Below are positions 23,006 through 46,007 of a stretch of 64,000 nucleotides of DNA, piece by piece (the stretch's first letter is position 1; the number at the start of each line of letters is the position of its first letter). The stretch comes from Paraspadella gotoi (lineage: Eukaryota > Animalia > Chaetognatha): assembly GCA_051294375.1 (NCBI GenBank), contig CM119268.1, positions 13,837,037-13,901,036 on the forward strand, written 5' to 3'. The notes under the pieces are model-generated. The model saw only the letters and a list, made by a program, of their open reading frames with translations, had not been told where the DNA came from and did not search any database. The position numbers and the translations under genes were made by a program.

Positions 23006-25173
23006 ATCAAGTTAAGACGAAGATCCTTTGTTGATCCTCGTGACAAAAGTGAAGAGTTTGTGATGTAAAAGTAAAGATCATTGATGTCATCTTGTTGAAG
23101 TTTTGGCCGCCATGTTTGTTTTCACACACTCTATCCCTATCGCACTCTCTCTCTCTCTTTCTTCTATCCTCTCCTCTCTCTCTCTCTCTCTCTGTCTTTC
23201 TTAGTCTTACTAAAGTCGGTCTGTTTTCTCAGAACCGCAAATAAAGAAGTGAATTCTAAAGCGAAATTTTCACTCTTTTTCACAAATTCTTTCTTTATCT
23301 TTCTTTTGATTTCCCTTTTCCTAGTCTACCGTCTTTTCAATGTCATTCATTTTATCGTTTTCGTTATGGTCCTCATTTGTGGTCCTCGCTGCCTTCAACG
23401 ATATTGCCCACATGAAGACTACGACGATATCGAAGATGCTGATGAAGATGAAGACTGATGACTTTAAAAACAAATAAATGAACGTTTAGTTTGTAAGGAA
23501 AACAAAGAAAATAAATACAACGACGACGACGACGACGACGACTGCGTTTCCTCTTCGTCACACCGAATATCAGACGCGCCCTTCTTCCGGGTCAGAAGAT
23601 ATTTTGGAGGCAGAGACGCGTGACCCTCTCATCTTCAAGAAGCTCTTTTTTGTGGTGATGGCGTGGGTGATTTGACAGGGATCATTTTGGTGATCGCATC
23701 GATAATACCTTTGGTAATCTCCTTGGTGATTTTGTGTAAAAAAAATGGTGATCGCCCGGGTGATAGTAAGTTGCGTGAGTTGAGATATTCGATATCGGAT
23801 TTTCCCTCGGGAAAATTAGGAAATCTGGACATGTACAAGCGCGATATCGGACGAAGACTAAGGAACCATAAAGATTGTACTTTGTCACTTACGGGTAATG
23901 AAACAGTTTCGAATATACATTTTTGTAATATGAGCGTTTGAGATTCTGGTATACTGAGATTTCTTGAAAAAAATGCCAATTAGATTCAAAGATAAGAATT
24001 ATTAGAAAAATTCAATGAACGGTAAGAGGCCGTACAAACCAAAAGAACAGATTTGGATATTCAGCCAAAGAAGACGGAGAACGGAAGCTGGAAAGAGGTT
24101 GGGTTCCCCTTCGCCTCTGGGTAGAGAGAGNNNNNNNNNNAGAGGGAGAAAGTGAATTGAATCAAGACTCATGATGTTTGTCGTTACCCGTAAACCAGAT
24201 CATTAATCAATACAGTTCGATTTTTTATATTTGTAAAGAGAGAGAATCCAGAAATTCGATTCTTTTTCTAAGATACAGAAAAAAAAACTTTAAACAGGAA
24301 AAGATGTTGACCTATAACTAGAAAGGTGGATCATGGAGCATGGATCATTGGAGGAATCTCATCAAGAATGAAAAACTTTTTTTGTTTTCATCAAGAATGG
24401 AAAACTTTTTTGTTTTCAGCACTTAAATTGAAAAATGGAAATATCTGTTCTTATATTCAATTCAAAGAAGGACTAGTTAACTAGTAGTTATGGTTAAATG
24501 TGAAAAAATCAGGGAAAATAGGGTATTCATTTGAGACTAGTTTTATTTGAGTCAGTATTTAGCCGTTAAAGCCAGAAAACGATTATAAAATCATTAAACG
24601 ATAATCGTTAAAATTAATTGTTACTTTTTTATATTGTTTCTCTCCCACTTTGCTTACGCGGTAGAACCATCATTTCGTCAGGATGTTCGACAGAAAAATG
24701 AGAATTGTAAATCCTCTCGCGACAAATAAAATACTTGTAAACGGGAGTTATTAGGAAAATATTGATAAGGCAAGATAAAAGATTGTAAAACTTGTAAATG
24801 ATGGTAAAACTAGTAAAATATTTTTTTTTCATCCTGTCTAAATAAGTTAAAGATACAAGCAGAACAAGCAGTAACTTGAGACCCTCTTCAATTTGGTCCT
24901 TCACATCCATCACGAACAGGGAACTGACTTAAATTTTGTTGTTTCTAATTCGACAGTTTTTAAAATCTATATTTTCATCATTTTTACAATACCGATCCTC
25001 CCATCGGTTAAAACCCATATACTATATACGTGATAGGGTAAATAATCAAACTTACGATAATCGTAAACAGTCTGGCTAAGATAAGCATATTTAAACACGG
25101 CGAGTTCTTTAATCTCGCTTATCAATAATTTGTTGCAAATACATTACGGATAAATAGCGTCGGTTACAAGGAG

Positions 25174-25265
<92 letters not shown>

Positions 25266-25375
25266 GCAGATCGGCCCTTCGGCGAAGATCGAGTCTCATG
25301 AGGCTGAAGTATCACGTGACGTTCAACTCTGACGTCGATTTTGGGGATGATGATGATGATGATGATGAAGATGAA

Positions 25376-25413
<38 letters not shown>

Positions 25414-25688
25414 GATGATGATGATGAAGATGATGATCACAACGATCGAGGGATGAAGAGGAAGGGGAAGAGATCGACCACGATTTCACAACGACCTTCA
25501 TGGTGAGGATGAGGAGGAGGGGACGATCGAAGCAGGAGGAGGAGGAGGAGGAGGAGGGGGGAGCCCATGGATGAGGAGGGGGTTTCCTTTTCTCCACCCC
25601 CTTCTCCTCCCCCCTTCTTCTCCCCTCTTCGATCGAAGCAAGATAGAGAAGAGAGCGAGAGGCGGGGGCGTCACGGCCCCCGTCCGCC

Positions 25689-25695
25689 TATAAAA
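25689..25695 (+). promoter_or_regulatory. TATA box of the creatine kinase gene
   Basis: TATAAAA in GC-rich flanks about 110 nt upstream of the ATG at 25800, preceded by a GC-box-like GGCGGGGGCG. Confidence 0.6.
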
Positions 25696-25799
25696 TGCAA
25701 GGCGCGCCTCGCCAAATTCGCCTTTTCCGACGATCAGTTTGGATTGACCATTTTTCCTTCGAAAAACTTGCGACTCCCCGACTCTCCGCACCAGTAAGG

Positions 25800-28189
25800 A
25801 TGGCGAACCTGTGGCAGAAGAAGTACCCTCCCGAGGATGACTACCCCGATCTCTCCAAGCACAACAACTGGATGGCCAAGTGCTTGACCCCTGAGATCTA
25901 CGCCAAGCTGCGTGACAAGGTGAGTTTTAAAAAGTTTCACGAATTAGATGAAGACAAACTTTAAAAAATACGAAATTAGTAAAGCGAAATAAAGAGGCAA
26001 AATGAAATAAATAACATTGATAATAAATTAAATTAATCATATTACTCTAACCTTTAATAGTATAGGAAACGACTTATCACACTGACTTACTAACTCACTT
26101 ACCTGCTCACACGACTTAACTTATAACGAAATCTCATATGTAATTTAACATAATCTTAACAAATCTTAGACATCACAAGACAAGCTTGTCAATCGAGCTT
26201 CCTTACTTCATCACCGCTCACCATCACCCCTCCTCATCCTCAGGTCACTCCCTCGGGATGCACTCTCGACCGCGTCATCCAGACCGGTGTGGACAACCCC
26301 GGGCACCCCTTCATCATGACCGTCGGCTGCGTGGCCGGCGACGAGGAGTCCTACGATGTCTTCGCTGACCTCCTGGACCCCGTCATCGACGGTCGCCATA
26401 ACGGATACGGCAAGGACTCCAAGCACAAGACCGACTTGAACCCCGAAAACCTCAAGGTGAGTTCGCGGATTGGGATAAATGGAAACGACAACGAAGACAG
26501 TGAACAAATGAATAACCCGAAGACAGGGATCGGGAATTCGACATTGTCCATTGTCTACTTTCAGGATCAAAAGACTAAAACTTTAAATTGGATTCAGATT
26601 TGATTCAAAACATTGAATCAAAAGCGACTAAATAAAAGTAGAATTATTTTAAATTTTTGATTAAATTTATATGAAATTGGTACAACCAATATAAAAATTA
26701 TCCATTCATTTAATAAATAAGCTATCTTGCCCCTGACCTTCGACAGGCTTTGGCATAGCAGGTCCCAGCAAGCTTTCAATCAAGACTCTCTCACAGTCTC
26801 GTTTATTCACTCCCAGAGTAACTGGCTTCCCTATCAATGAGTAATAACTAAAATGAATAAGTTAAAACATAAAATGAACTTTCCCTCACAGTTTAAGTCT
26901 TGACCCTTCCCTCCACAACCCAACCCCCCTCTTCCTTACCCCAGGGCGGTCTCTTCGATGAGAAGTACGTGCTGTCGTCCCGCGTCCGCACTGGCCGCTC
27001 CATCAAGAATATCTCTCTGCCGCCGCACTGCACGCGCGGTGAGAGGCGCGCCATCGAGAAGATCGCCGTCGATGCCCTCGCCGGTAGGTGGCAGTGGTTG
27101 GTTTGCTCTGAAATGGAGGTCGTTTTTCTCTGAATTCGGAATCTGCCTTCTGTATAATAATGAATTTAAATTCATAAAACAAAACCCGAACATCAACAAT
27201 ATTGCTTGATCTCATACTTCGGTGATTCGACAGAGATTTCACGGTTTCTCCGTATTCGCCTAAATTACTTAAGCTTATTATTATTATTTAAGACACACAC
27301 ACAAAAAAGTGTGACGTGGATTACGTGGCTGCGTCCTATTTTTCACCTCTCACTCCCTCTCCCCTCACCCTTCCTTTCTCCTCAGGCCTCGAGGGTGAGT
27401 TCAAGGGCAAGTACTACCCTCTCTCCAAGATGACGGACGCCGAGCAGGATCAGCTCATCGCCGATCACTTCCTCTTCGACAAGCCCGTCTCCCCTCTGCT
27501 GACCTGCGCCGGCATGGCCCGTGACTGGCCCGACGGTCGCGGCATCTGGCACAACGACAACAAGACCTTCTTGGTCTGGGTCAACGAGGAGGATCATCTC
27601 CGCGTCATCTCCATGCAGAAGGGCGGAGACATCCGGGTCAGTTGGGCCTTTCAACTTTTTTTATTCTCTTATTTTTCTCTTTCTCTTCAATCTTTATTAT
27701 TTTCTATCTCTCTCATTTCTTATCCCTTCAATTCTTCCCTTTTTTTTAATTCTATTATTTAATTCCCTTTTTTTTCTCATTATTTTTTTATTTAACCGTT
27801 TTTTCCTGAGTCACTCGCGAGTGACTCAGTTTCAGGTGTCAACTGTAAAAAATTAAAATTGATATTATTTCGTTCGATTTAATTGACGAGAAAGTTACAG
27901 TTCAATGTCATACGGCTTTTATTGAATTAGGCCTTTATCTCGAATTTAAAAATAAAGAAAAAAAAACATCAAAACATTTTAGGAAGTGAAACGAAACAAC
28001 AAAAGTTTTACTTAATCGTTGTTTAGATTCGATTTGTTCCCACGATCTGACAAATTTTATTTCTAAACTCATTTAAATAAAAAAAAGGGAATAAATTATA
28101 GCGACTTTGTGAACTTCTTACGCCTCTCTATCCTCTCGGATGCCCCACCTAGACTCTCTCTCTCTCTCTCTCTCTCTCTCATCTCGGTC

Positions 28190-28231
<42 letters not shown>

Positions 28232-29025
28232 TCTATCTAACCTTTCCCCCTCTTTCCTCAACCCCCTCTTCAGGCCGTCTTCAAGCGTTTCTGCGAGGGT
28301 CTGACCAAGATCGAGACCCTGATGAAGGAGCGCGGCCACCAGTACATGTGGAGCGAGCATCTCGGCTACATCCTCACCTGCCCGTCCAACTTGGGCACTG
28401 GCCTCCGCGCCGGCGTCCACGTCAAGCTGCCCAACATGGCCAAGGACGAGAAGAAGCTCGACAAAGTCCTGGAGCTCCTGCGTCTGCAGAAGGTGAGGGA
28501 AGAGCTGTGGTTGAAGAGGCATTGGGGGGGAGCTGAAAGGAGGAAAAGATGAGTCGGGGGGGAGGGAGGGGGGAGGAGAGAGGTGGAGAGAGAGAGATTG
28601 AAAACTCAGGATGTAAAAACAGAGGATAATGAAAGAGGAAAAAAAATAAAAAAAACAAAACAAGCACAATCTGCTCCAAAAGGTTATTGGGAAATAGAAT
28701 TAATATTAATAAAGCCAACGAGCGGGAATTTTAAGCTCTCAATGATGTAACCAATGTTTTCTATTCTTAAATTACTATCAACTATTTAATTTTTTTAACT
28801 TCTCTCACTAACTCCCCTCTCTTCAAACAGCGCGGAACCGGTGGCGTCGACACCGCCTCTACCGACGGCACCTACGACGTCTCCAACGCCGATCGCATCG
28901 GCTACTCCGAGGTCGAACTCCTCCAGTTCGTCGTCGACGGTGTCGCCCTCCTCATCGAGATGGAGAAGCTCGCCGCCGATGGAAAATCCTTCGACGACCT
29001 CATCCCCAAGGAGCTGAAGAAGTAA
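25800..29025 (+). CDS. CK: Creatine kinase, cytoplasmic type, 6 exons, 378 aa
   Basis: Exons 25800-25919, 26244-26456, 26945-27083, 27386-27636, 28274-28492 and 28831-29025, all GT-AG, 1137 nt in frame. Motifs: [14 protein letters not shown] (CK-type specificity loop), [36 protein letters not shown]. No transit peptide is present. Confidence 0.96.
26671..26842. repeat. Dispersed repeat family B, copy 2 (CK intron 2)
   Basis: Same fixed end, ATGAAATTGGTACAACCAAT. It has an internal deletion relative to copy 3. Confidence 0.85.
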
Positions 29026-31001
29026 ACAAAAGACTTCAGAGAAGAAAAAGTTTGTTTTTTTTTTCATAAAAGCAAAAAAGGGGGAAAAATCTAGGAGCGA
29101 GGTTTTTTTTTTGTTTATTTTGAAAAATGGGAAACGAAATTTAAAAAAAAAAGAACATCGTCGAAAAGGGAAAACCGAAAATCGAGGGGGAAAATGGGGA
29201 TTAAATTGGGGGTGAGTGGGGGTTGAGATGGTGGGAAAAGGGTTGCGTCGATGGGGGGAGGGGTGGTTAAGGGAGATAGTCTTCTATTTCCGCGCCCCCC
29301 CCCACCCCCATTTTCGTCTCTTCCTTGATTCCGTATTGTTCTCACCCCTTTCCCCCGCTTCTTCTCTTTTTCTCTCGATTTTTATTCTATCAATTCGATT
29401 CTTTTTTGTTTCCCTCTTATTCTTTCCATCCGATTCGCTTTGTTTAAAATTATATTTATATATTTAATTTAACGATTATTTTTCCGTGCTTTTTTTTTCT
29501 ATTCACGCGTTAATTTATTTTTCCCTTAAATTATTTTTTTTTTCGGTCCACTTTTAACACCAAACCCGCTACGAGTCGTAAGAGGAAATTACAGATAAAG
29601 ACAAAGAATTAAGAAATTGATTCGTCTTTTCCGGACTCGTAGCGCGTCAAGATAAACAGAGAGTCAACTAAAACGAAAGAAAAAAGCGCAACCCCTAACC
29701 ATCCGTTACCTTTGTTCTTTCGTTCGCGGCTAAAAAAAATCAAACAAATCCCAAAAACCGAACGTAATTCTTGAAGTTTCTCTCAAGAATTTCGACGCCA
29801 TTTTTTTTTAAATTTCGGTTTTGCGATCGAGTGTTGACACCATCAAAGATTCAGAGTCGTTGACGGCGTCATCTAGCGGGACGCAATCGTAACATCGGCG
29901 TTCCCCGAGAGACGCCTCAACGGAGGTTGATCATAACTCAGAAACAAAATGTCAAAATTACTAATTGATTAACACAATGCAGTAATTTAAAATTTGCTGG
30001 AAACCTATTTCTTTGTTGCGCATTACTGTTATTCATGTCACAATGATAATATATTTAAAAAAAAATTATTTGCGTTTTCAAAAAAAAAACCGAAACAAGA
30101 ACGACAGCTGGAACAGAAGAAACAGTCAAAACAATTTAGCTAATTTTAAAACGGAGAGTTAAATTTCGGATCGAGGTTTTGATTATCAAACTAAGTAATC
30201 AAGAAAAAAAAACGAAAGATTTCTCCGGAACTAAAACTCAACTTAATTTCTTGACTTTTGAGCGATTATCTCGAACGAACAAAACGCAATTAGCAGCAGC
30301 AATAAGCAGCTTTCATCATCTCAAAAATTGGCCAAAGAAACTACGAGCCGACGAAACCGTTCGCAACGATCCCGCTATGAGATTTTATCTGTTGCCCAGA
30401 AGCTCAAGAATCACGTGACGGTTTGGCCCGGCTCGGTCCTTACCGTCGTCGTCGTCCGTCGTCGTCGATCATTCTCATCCTCATCATCGACAGCGGTGCC
30501 GGTTGCGAATCCACCAACATCCTCCACCCCCCCCCCCCCGCGGTGGGCCGAAAAAAAAAAAAATAATCCCGTGAACATCGAAGGGAAGTCTGTTGCCCAT
30601 CGCTGGATGCCGGAAAAGGGGTGGGAGGGAAAAGGGGGGGGAAAGTTTCGTTCAAGGTCGATCGGTGGTTAGAGAAGGTGGGGATTTAAACCCTGGGGAG
30701 TAGGGGTTCTTTATAAGACACAATGCAATGAACTACGAAGTGAAAGGCGTGCCGAAAATCCTGCGAGGCAGGGTAGAACGGCCTGCGAACAACTTATTTA
30801 CGGCGGCGATGTTTCCTAACATATTTTTGGGGACTCCACTTATTATCCTAGACCTCATTAGAAATCCGAGAAAGTTTTGTGCATTTGGCACACCCTAGGG
30901 TGAGGGTGTAATGTTTGGGAGAGGAGAGGGTGAAAGGCGGTCGTAGATAGAGAGAAAGAGAGAGAAGAGAGAGAGAAGAGAGAGAGAAGAGAGAGAGAGA
31001 G

Positions 31002-31037
<36 letters not shown>

Positions 31038-31600
31038 GAGGATAATGAAGGTAACTCCCGCGGCGAGAGAACGTTTTCATTAGGGAGGAACTAAGAATGG
31101 GTGGCGACCTTGGGGTGCAGCGGGGGATCCGGTAAGTGAAATGTCGAGGGAAAGAAAGGGAAGCGAAGAGACGAGTAAGTTCGTTCGTCGTCCGCGTTTG
31201 GAAAGTAACGATTCTAAGAATAGAGAAGGAATGAATTTGAAATCTTTTACGTGAAAGTGAAAGCGGTGTTTTAAAGATGATGGATTTTAGTCATTAATTT
31301 GGAAAGAAAAAAAAACATTTTTGAGAAGCAAGCGACGATTTTACTTTTACTTTTACCACAATAGCAAAAACAGACTGTCCTTAGTTCGATAGGAAGATCA
31401 TAATTTTGTTGCTATACGCCCTTAATCTCGAGACAGCGGCGTGCTTGGCGTCATTGGCAATTCTGAAAATTCTAGTCACGAATTTTCTGTTAAAAGATGA
31501 GTTTTTACTGTACTAGAAAATTTCCTTTGATAATTTAATTGCTTCTCTCAATTATGAACACTTAACTTTCTATTTCATTTCCTTTTTCATTTTTTCCCCC

Positions 31601-32476
31601 TTAAGGGACCAAGTGAACAGGGGTAAAGCTGAAACATAACGTTTGACCCTTTAACTTAAGCTGGTTCTGATCATATAATTTTTTCTTCTATAATCATTTG
31701 GGAAAGTAGTTAAAAATTCGATAAAATCAGCGAGCTTAATTTTTCTTTTAAAAATCGTAAGAAGAAAATCTTTTTCAAGTTTAAAATTTTTTTTTCCAAA
31801 AAAGGGTAAGATCTAATTTTAAAAAGATTTTCAGCTTTTATCATAAAAATTTATAAGAAAAAAAACTAGGAATGAATCAAAATTTAAGGTATCAACTGAT
31901 TTATTTAAACTTTCTTTTCAAATGATTCTGTTAATTGGATGAAAATAAAACTCTTTGAAGTAATATAAATATTAAAAAAGAGAAAGATTCTGTACTTTTG
32001 CTAAATTTTTAATTGTTATAATTAGGAATCAATATAGTTTAATTATACATTTAAGGGATGAATATGAATATTAATTAATAATTATTACAGTTTTGTTTCT
32101 GTAAGATAGAATTTAGGTTTGATTTGTCTGCTTTTAAGTAAATATAAAATAAAAAAATATTAGTCTTGTAAAGCCTTTGTTCAATGAGAGAAGCTAAATA
32201 ACAATAAAATTATAGCTTTGAATAAAAAATAAAAATTGGAATTTAGTAAAAATATTTTCTAATGCAAAAATAAATAATGGATTATATAAATATTTAGGTA
32301 GGGTCAACTAAAATTTTTTTTCATAATTATTAAATTTTTGTTTCCGCTAGAATAAGAGATAGGAATTTTTTTGCCACTTTCCCGTGCAAAGAAAAATTAA
32401 TGACTATCACCATTCAAATTCCTTTGATGATAGACCTTAAGCTTTATGATATCATTTTTATCACTGGGTCCCTTAA
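31601..32476. mobile_element. Non-autonomous DNA transposon, Kolobok-like (TTAA target duplication, GG termini)
   Basis: TTAA|GGGACCAAGTGA at 31601 and TCACTGGGTCCC|TTAA at 32461-32476 form a 12-bp TIR with one mismatch. The interior is AT-rich and non-coding, with a CTTAAGCT subterminal motif near both ends. Confidence 0.6.
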
Positions 32477-33454
32477 ATTTTAAATTATGGATTTTTTTCT
32501 GACTCCGAAAGGCAATATCATTTGTTATCCAATTTTCTTGTTATAATTACGAAGTAAACAAGAGCCATAAATTTCTTATATGTTATGACGCGACTTTTCA
32601 GGGGAGAGATTTTGACCGAATTTTTTTAAAAAAATAAATTATGCTCGTTACGAAGAGGGATAGTAAAGATTTTAATAGGTTTTTAATTTTTGACCTTGGT
32701 AAACTTTTAAAAATTATAATTAGAAGCGTCGCGGATACTTTAGTTGGGAGTCGATGCGGTGACGCCTGAGGGCATTTATAAAAGGACTCAGTTTTGATGG
32801 TACTGGCAAGGGAGACATTCTTTAAAATGGAATCTGGGCTGTAGAATCTGGATCTTAATCCGGTTTTTTTTTTTTTCTTGTCAGAAACAAACCTGTTTTT
32901 AGCCAATTAACCGGGAAGTCGCTCAACATAACTTGGACTCATTCAATTCTATAAAAATGTTAATCTTAATGAACTGATTATTAATTCCTGATTTTAAAAT
33001 ATTTTTTCAAAAATAATTTTGAAGTTTTCAATATTTTTACAAGTACAATCTTCAAAAATTATAAAACTCAATGTATTTCTCTAAATGTGACTGAAAAAAT
33101 ATACTGCAAGTGTCCAACAAAAAGAAACAAATTAATTTGCATCATGTCCAGAAACATTTTTTCTTCATAAAAACCATTCTTTTTTTTTTTATCTTTTCCT
33201 CCAGCATAAATATGTAAAGGTTAAAGTGAACTTTTTCCTAAAAATTTCCCCGAGCGTTATGTATGTAATAAAATAAATTGTGCAAAAAATAAGGATGAAT
33301 TTGAACTCTGTAAATGAGTTCACTCGGCCGGGTGGGACGTCGCATGCAAGGGGAGACCCGAATCACTTTGTCACATCCTCGTCTCGACTCTTTATTTTCG
33401 ACGATTTTCACAATTCGTCACGAGGCCAAATTTTATAGATTTTGACGTGAGAGG

Positions 33455-33585
33455 ATGGCCAGTGAAAAAGAGGTAAACTGTAAATATTTTTTTTTAATCT
33501 TTATTAATATTATTGGTAACATTCTCGATTTAGTTATTACAGGTTTTATTTATTTATATATAAATATATATATTAATTGAATACC

Positions 33586-33659
<74 letters not shown>

Positions 33660-35126
33660 AGCCTTACCCTCGAAATGCCCCTCCCCAGCTCCGCGAGTGC
33701 TTCGCGGCGACCCCTTTGAAGATCCCCGAGCAGCAGTCGACCTTCGTGGGAAGTTTGGAAGGGAACGAATCCAAGAATCGCTACAACGACACTTTGCCCT
33801 ACGATTTCAATCGGGTCTGCATCATGGATTCTTGCAGATCCAAAATCTGGGGGCTCAACACTCTCGTCGCTTCTTACTTCAACGGGAGCTACTTCGACGA
33901 CGATTTCATAGCGACTCAGGCGCGTCTGGACGAGCAGCTTGGCTGCGGAGAATGGGGTCGTGGATGTCGAGAAGGATTTTGTGGAAATTTTATCTGGAAT
34001 CTTTAAAAATCTATTGAAGATTTTGAGTTGTGAATATGTTTATGCTCAACATTAAAAATTAATATCTTCGATTGAAAAAAATTTACTAGATAAAAAAATA
34101 ATCTGCTCAATATTAATTATTATTTATTATTTATTTATTCATTATTATTTAATTAATTATTATGACTCGTTTTCTCTAACCAATAAGCGTAAAATTAAAT
34201 TTTTTTTGGAAATAACCCTCACCACTGTGCGCCTTTTCCATCCAGGGTCCGCTGCCGAATACCGTGGGCGACTTTTATCAAGTCATTTGGGAACAAAACG
34301 TGAAACTCGTGGTTCAGTTGACGCAGTGTGAATACGCCAACGAGAACAACCCTAATGAGGTCAGGGCCGTGAAAGAGAGCAGAGAAGTTGGAAACATTTG
34401 CCGGTAGAGAAAGCTCATTTGATCCTAATTAGCTTTAGAAAAAAAAACCTTGTGTCCATCTCCACTCCAGTTAAAGCGCAAAAGCCATCCCTTTAGAAAA
34501 AAACCTTGTGTCCATCTCCACTCCAGTTAAAGCGCAAAAGCCATCCCTACTGGACGGAAGAAGTCGACGCGCCTGTTCATATTTCCGAACTGCGGGGCCG
34601 CGATTCGAAGGGGCAAGTCATGAAGGTAAACCTAAACATCTTTTAACTATAGCTCTATTTAAAAAAATCTAGATTTAAATACAGTTTTGAGTTAAATTGT
34701 TAAATGAGTTAAAATGTTTGTCGCATTACCTTGGTGATAAAAAGGTCGCAAAAATTAACTATAATTAAATTTTAAACAACAAAAAAAAATACTGAAGCTG
34801 AAAGCAATCTTTCTCATTTACTAATACAAATTTTTAAATATAAATATGGTTACACTCCCTCACAAAGAAAAAAAGTTTCCAGAAATGTTACGACAAAGAT
34901 TAACAAATCAATATTTGCTAATAATCTTAACGATAAGGTGGAAACGCCACCTCGCGGGAAATTCCCCGACTTCCGGTTGACGAAGACACGAGAATTTCGA
35001 GTCGAAGATCTCATCGTGAGAAACATTAGGATCGAAGACGGTAGAGGGCAGATCAAGGAGTTCACTCACTTGCATTTCGAAGGGTGAGTGGAGAGAGAAG
35101 GAATAAAGAGAGAAAAGAAGGAGAAA

Positions 35127-35158
<32 letters not shown>

Positions 35159-35973
35159 GAGAAGAAAGAAGAGAGAAAGGAAAGAAGAAAGAAAGAAAGA
35201 AGAAGAAAGAAAGAAAGAATAGAAAAGAAAGAAAAACGAAAAGAAATTTTAAAAAAATAAAGGAATAAAGGAAAAAAAAGAAAGAAGAAAAGAAAAGAAA
35301 CGGTAAATATGGTAATCATCTCTATCATCCGATGCTTATGATTGGTGGATTGATTGATTGGACAGATGGCCCAACGGTGGAGTTCCGTCGAACAAGCAAG
35401 CGGTGATCGACTTCGCGTCTCTCGTCGTCACCATGACGAACAAAATCAAATCTGCGACGCCTTGGAGGACGAGGGTCATGGCTCACTGCAGCGGGGGTAA
35501 TTGATTGATTGATTGGTTCACTGATTTATCTGTTTCATTCGTTTATTTTATTTTATCTGTTTGAATCGTTTGTTTGTTCGATTTGTTTTGATTTATTTAT
35601 TTTGTTCGAATCTTTTTTATTAAAAATTTAAAGTATTTTAAGCGCTCGATCCGGAAAAGATGGCGGTCAAACGAGTTCCCCATATATGAAAAAAACAAAA
35701 CGGCAATCGATCTCTGCCGATCTCTACCCGACAGGAGTTGGTCGGACGGGCAGCTTCCTCATCCTGACCCGAATGGTGAGGGCCAACGGCGAGGGGCTGG
35801 ATCCGCTCGAGCTGCTCACCTCCTCCAGGAAGAGGAGAATGATGATCGTCGACAACGCGGATCAGTTCGTGTGGCTCCACGAGCTGGCGGGGATGTTCAA
35901 AGAGGGCAAGCTGAAGGTCAGGTCCGTCGCGGAAGGACTCTACAAGGGGATGGCGCAAGAAGGCCTCGTGTGA
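33455..35973 (+). CDS. Classical protein tyrosine phosphatase, single domain, atypical WPN loop
   Basis: Exons 33455-33472 (tentative), 33689-33919, 34246-34359, 34527-34625, 34938-35083, 35366-35496 and 35735-35973 join in frame. Motifs: [53 protein letters not shown]. Confidence 0.88.
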
Positions 35974-36285
35974 ATCGAGGAATGAGGAAGTCGACATCTC
36001 CCTGCTTTTGTTATTCCTTCTATTTTTATCGTTAATTTCTTGTTTTTATTTGGGCAAATTTTTAATGCATTCCGAACTTTTTTTTATTTAACTAGCTCTA
36101 ATTAATTTGTTCTTTAATGATATACCTACGTTTTGGGACGAAAAATAAATATTACTTTGCGATTTTGTTTTTATTTTAATATCGAAGAAGTTATCACTGA
36201 TACATCGTTTAATATTTCTTTTAGACTTTCTTCCCATGAAAACAAACCAAAAAATAAAAAAGTTGAAGGAAAGAAAAAAATAATA

Positions 36286-36363
<78 letters not shown>

Positions 36364-36860
36364 ATGGGAGAAAAGAAGAAAGAAAGAAAAGCCAGTTTTC
36401 CTATTCTAGGAAATAGTTGCCCTGGAGACCAAAGTGAAGCTAGAAACAAATCGTCGTCATCCCTAATTTCGTGCACCGGGCGACGACGACGACGGGGAGT
36501 CGCCGGGTCGGAACTGATCTTTGTCGTCGTCATCGTCGTCGTCGTAGTCGTCGTTACAGACCCAGAAATGGTCAATGCTCATGATTTTCGTTGTCGTCGT
36601 CGTTGTCGTCGTCGTCGTCCCTGGTTCTGGAAAGAGACTCATTCTGGTCACATTTGTTTCACGCAAGAAACTGGGAGAGAGAAGTCAGGCGATTCAAGAA
36701 AAGAAAAAAAAATCTGAATTTCGTAACAGAATTTCGCAACAGTTTTACGAATGATATTAGGAGATCTTTTTTTAGAATAACTTATTCTTTACTTTTTTTG
36801 ACAATCGATATCATAACTGTTTTTATACATAATTTAAAAAAAATAAACAAATTATCGAAA

Positions 36861-46007
<9,147 letters not shown>

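Noticed and set aside
34433-34547. Tandem ~57-nt duplication of the PTP exon 4 acceptor
   Set aside because: The copies are identical except for A-run length, and use of the first acceptor would frameshift. Most likely a contig-join artefact.
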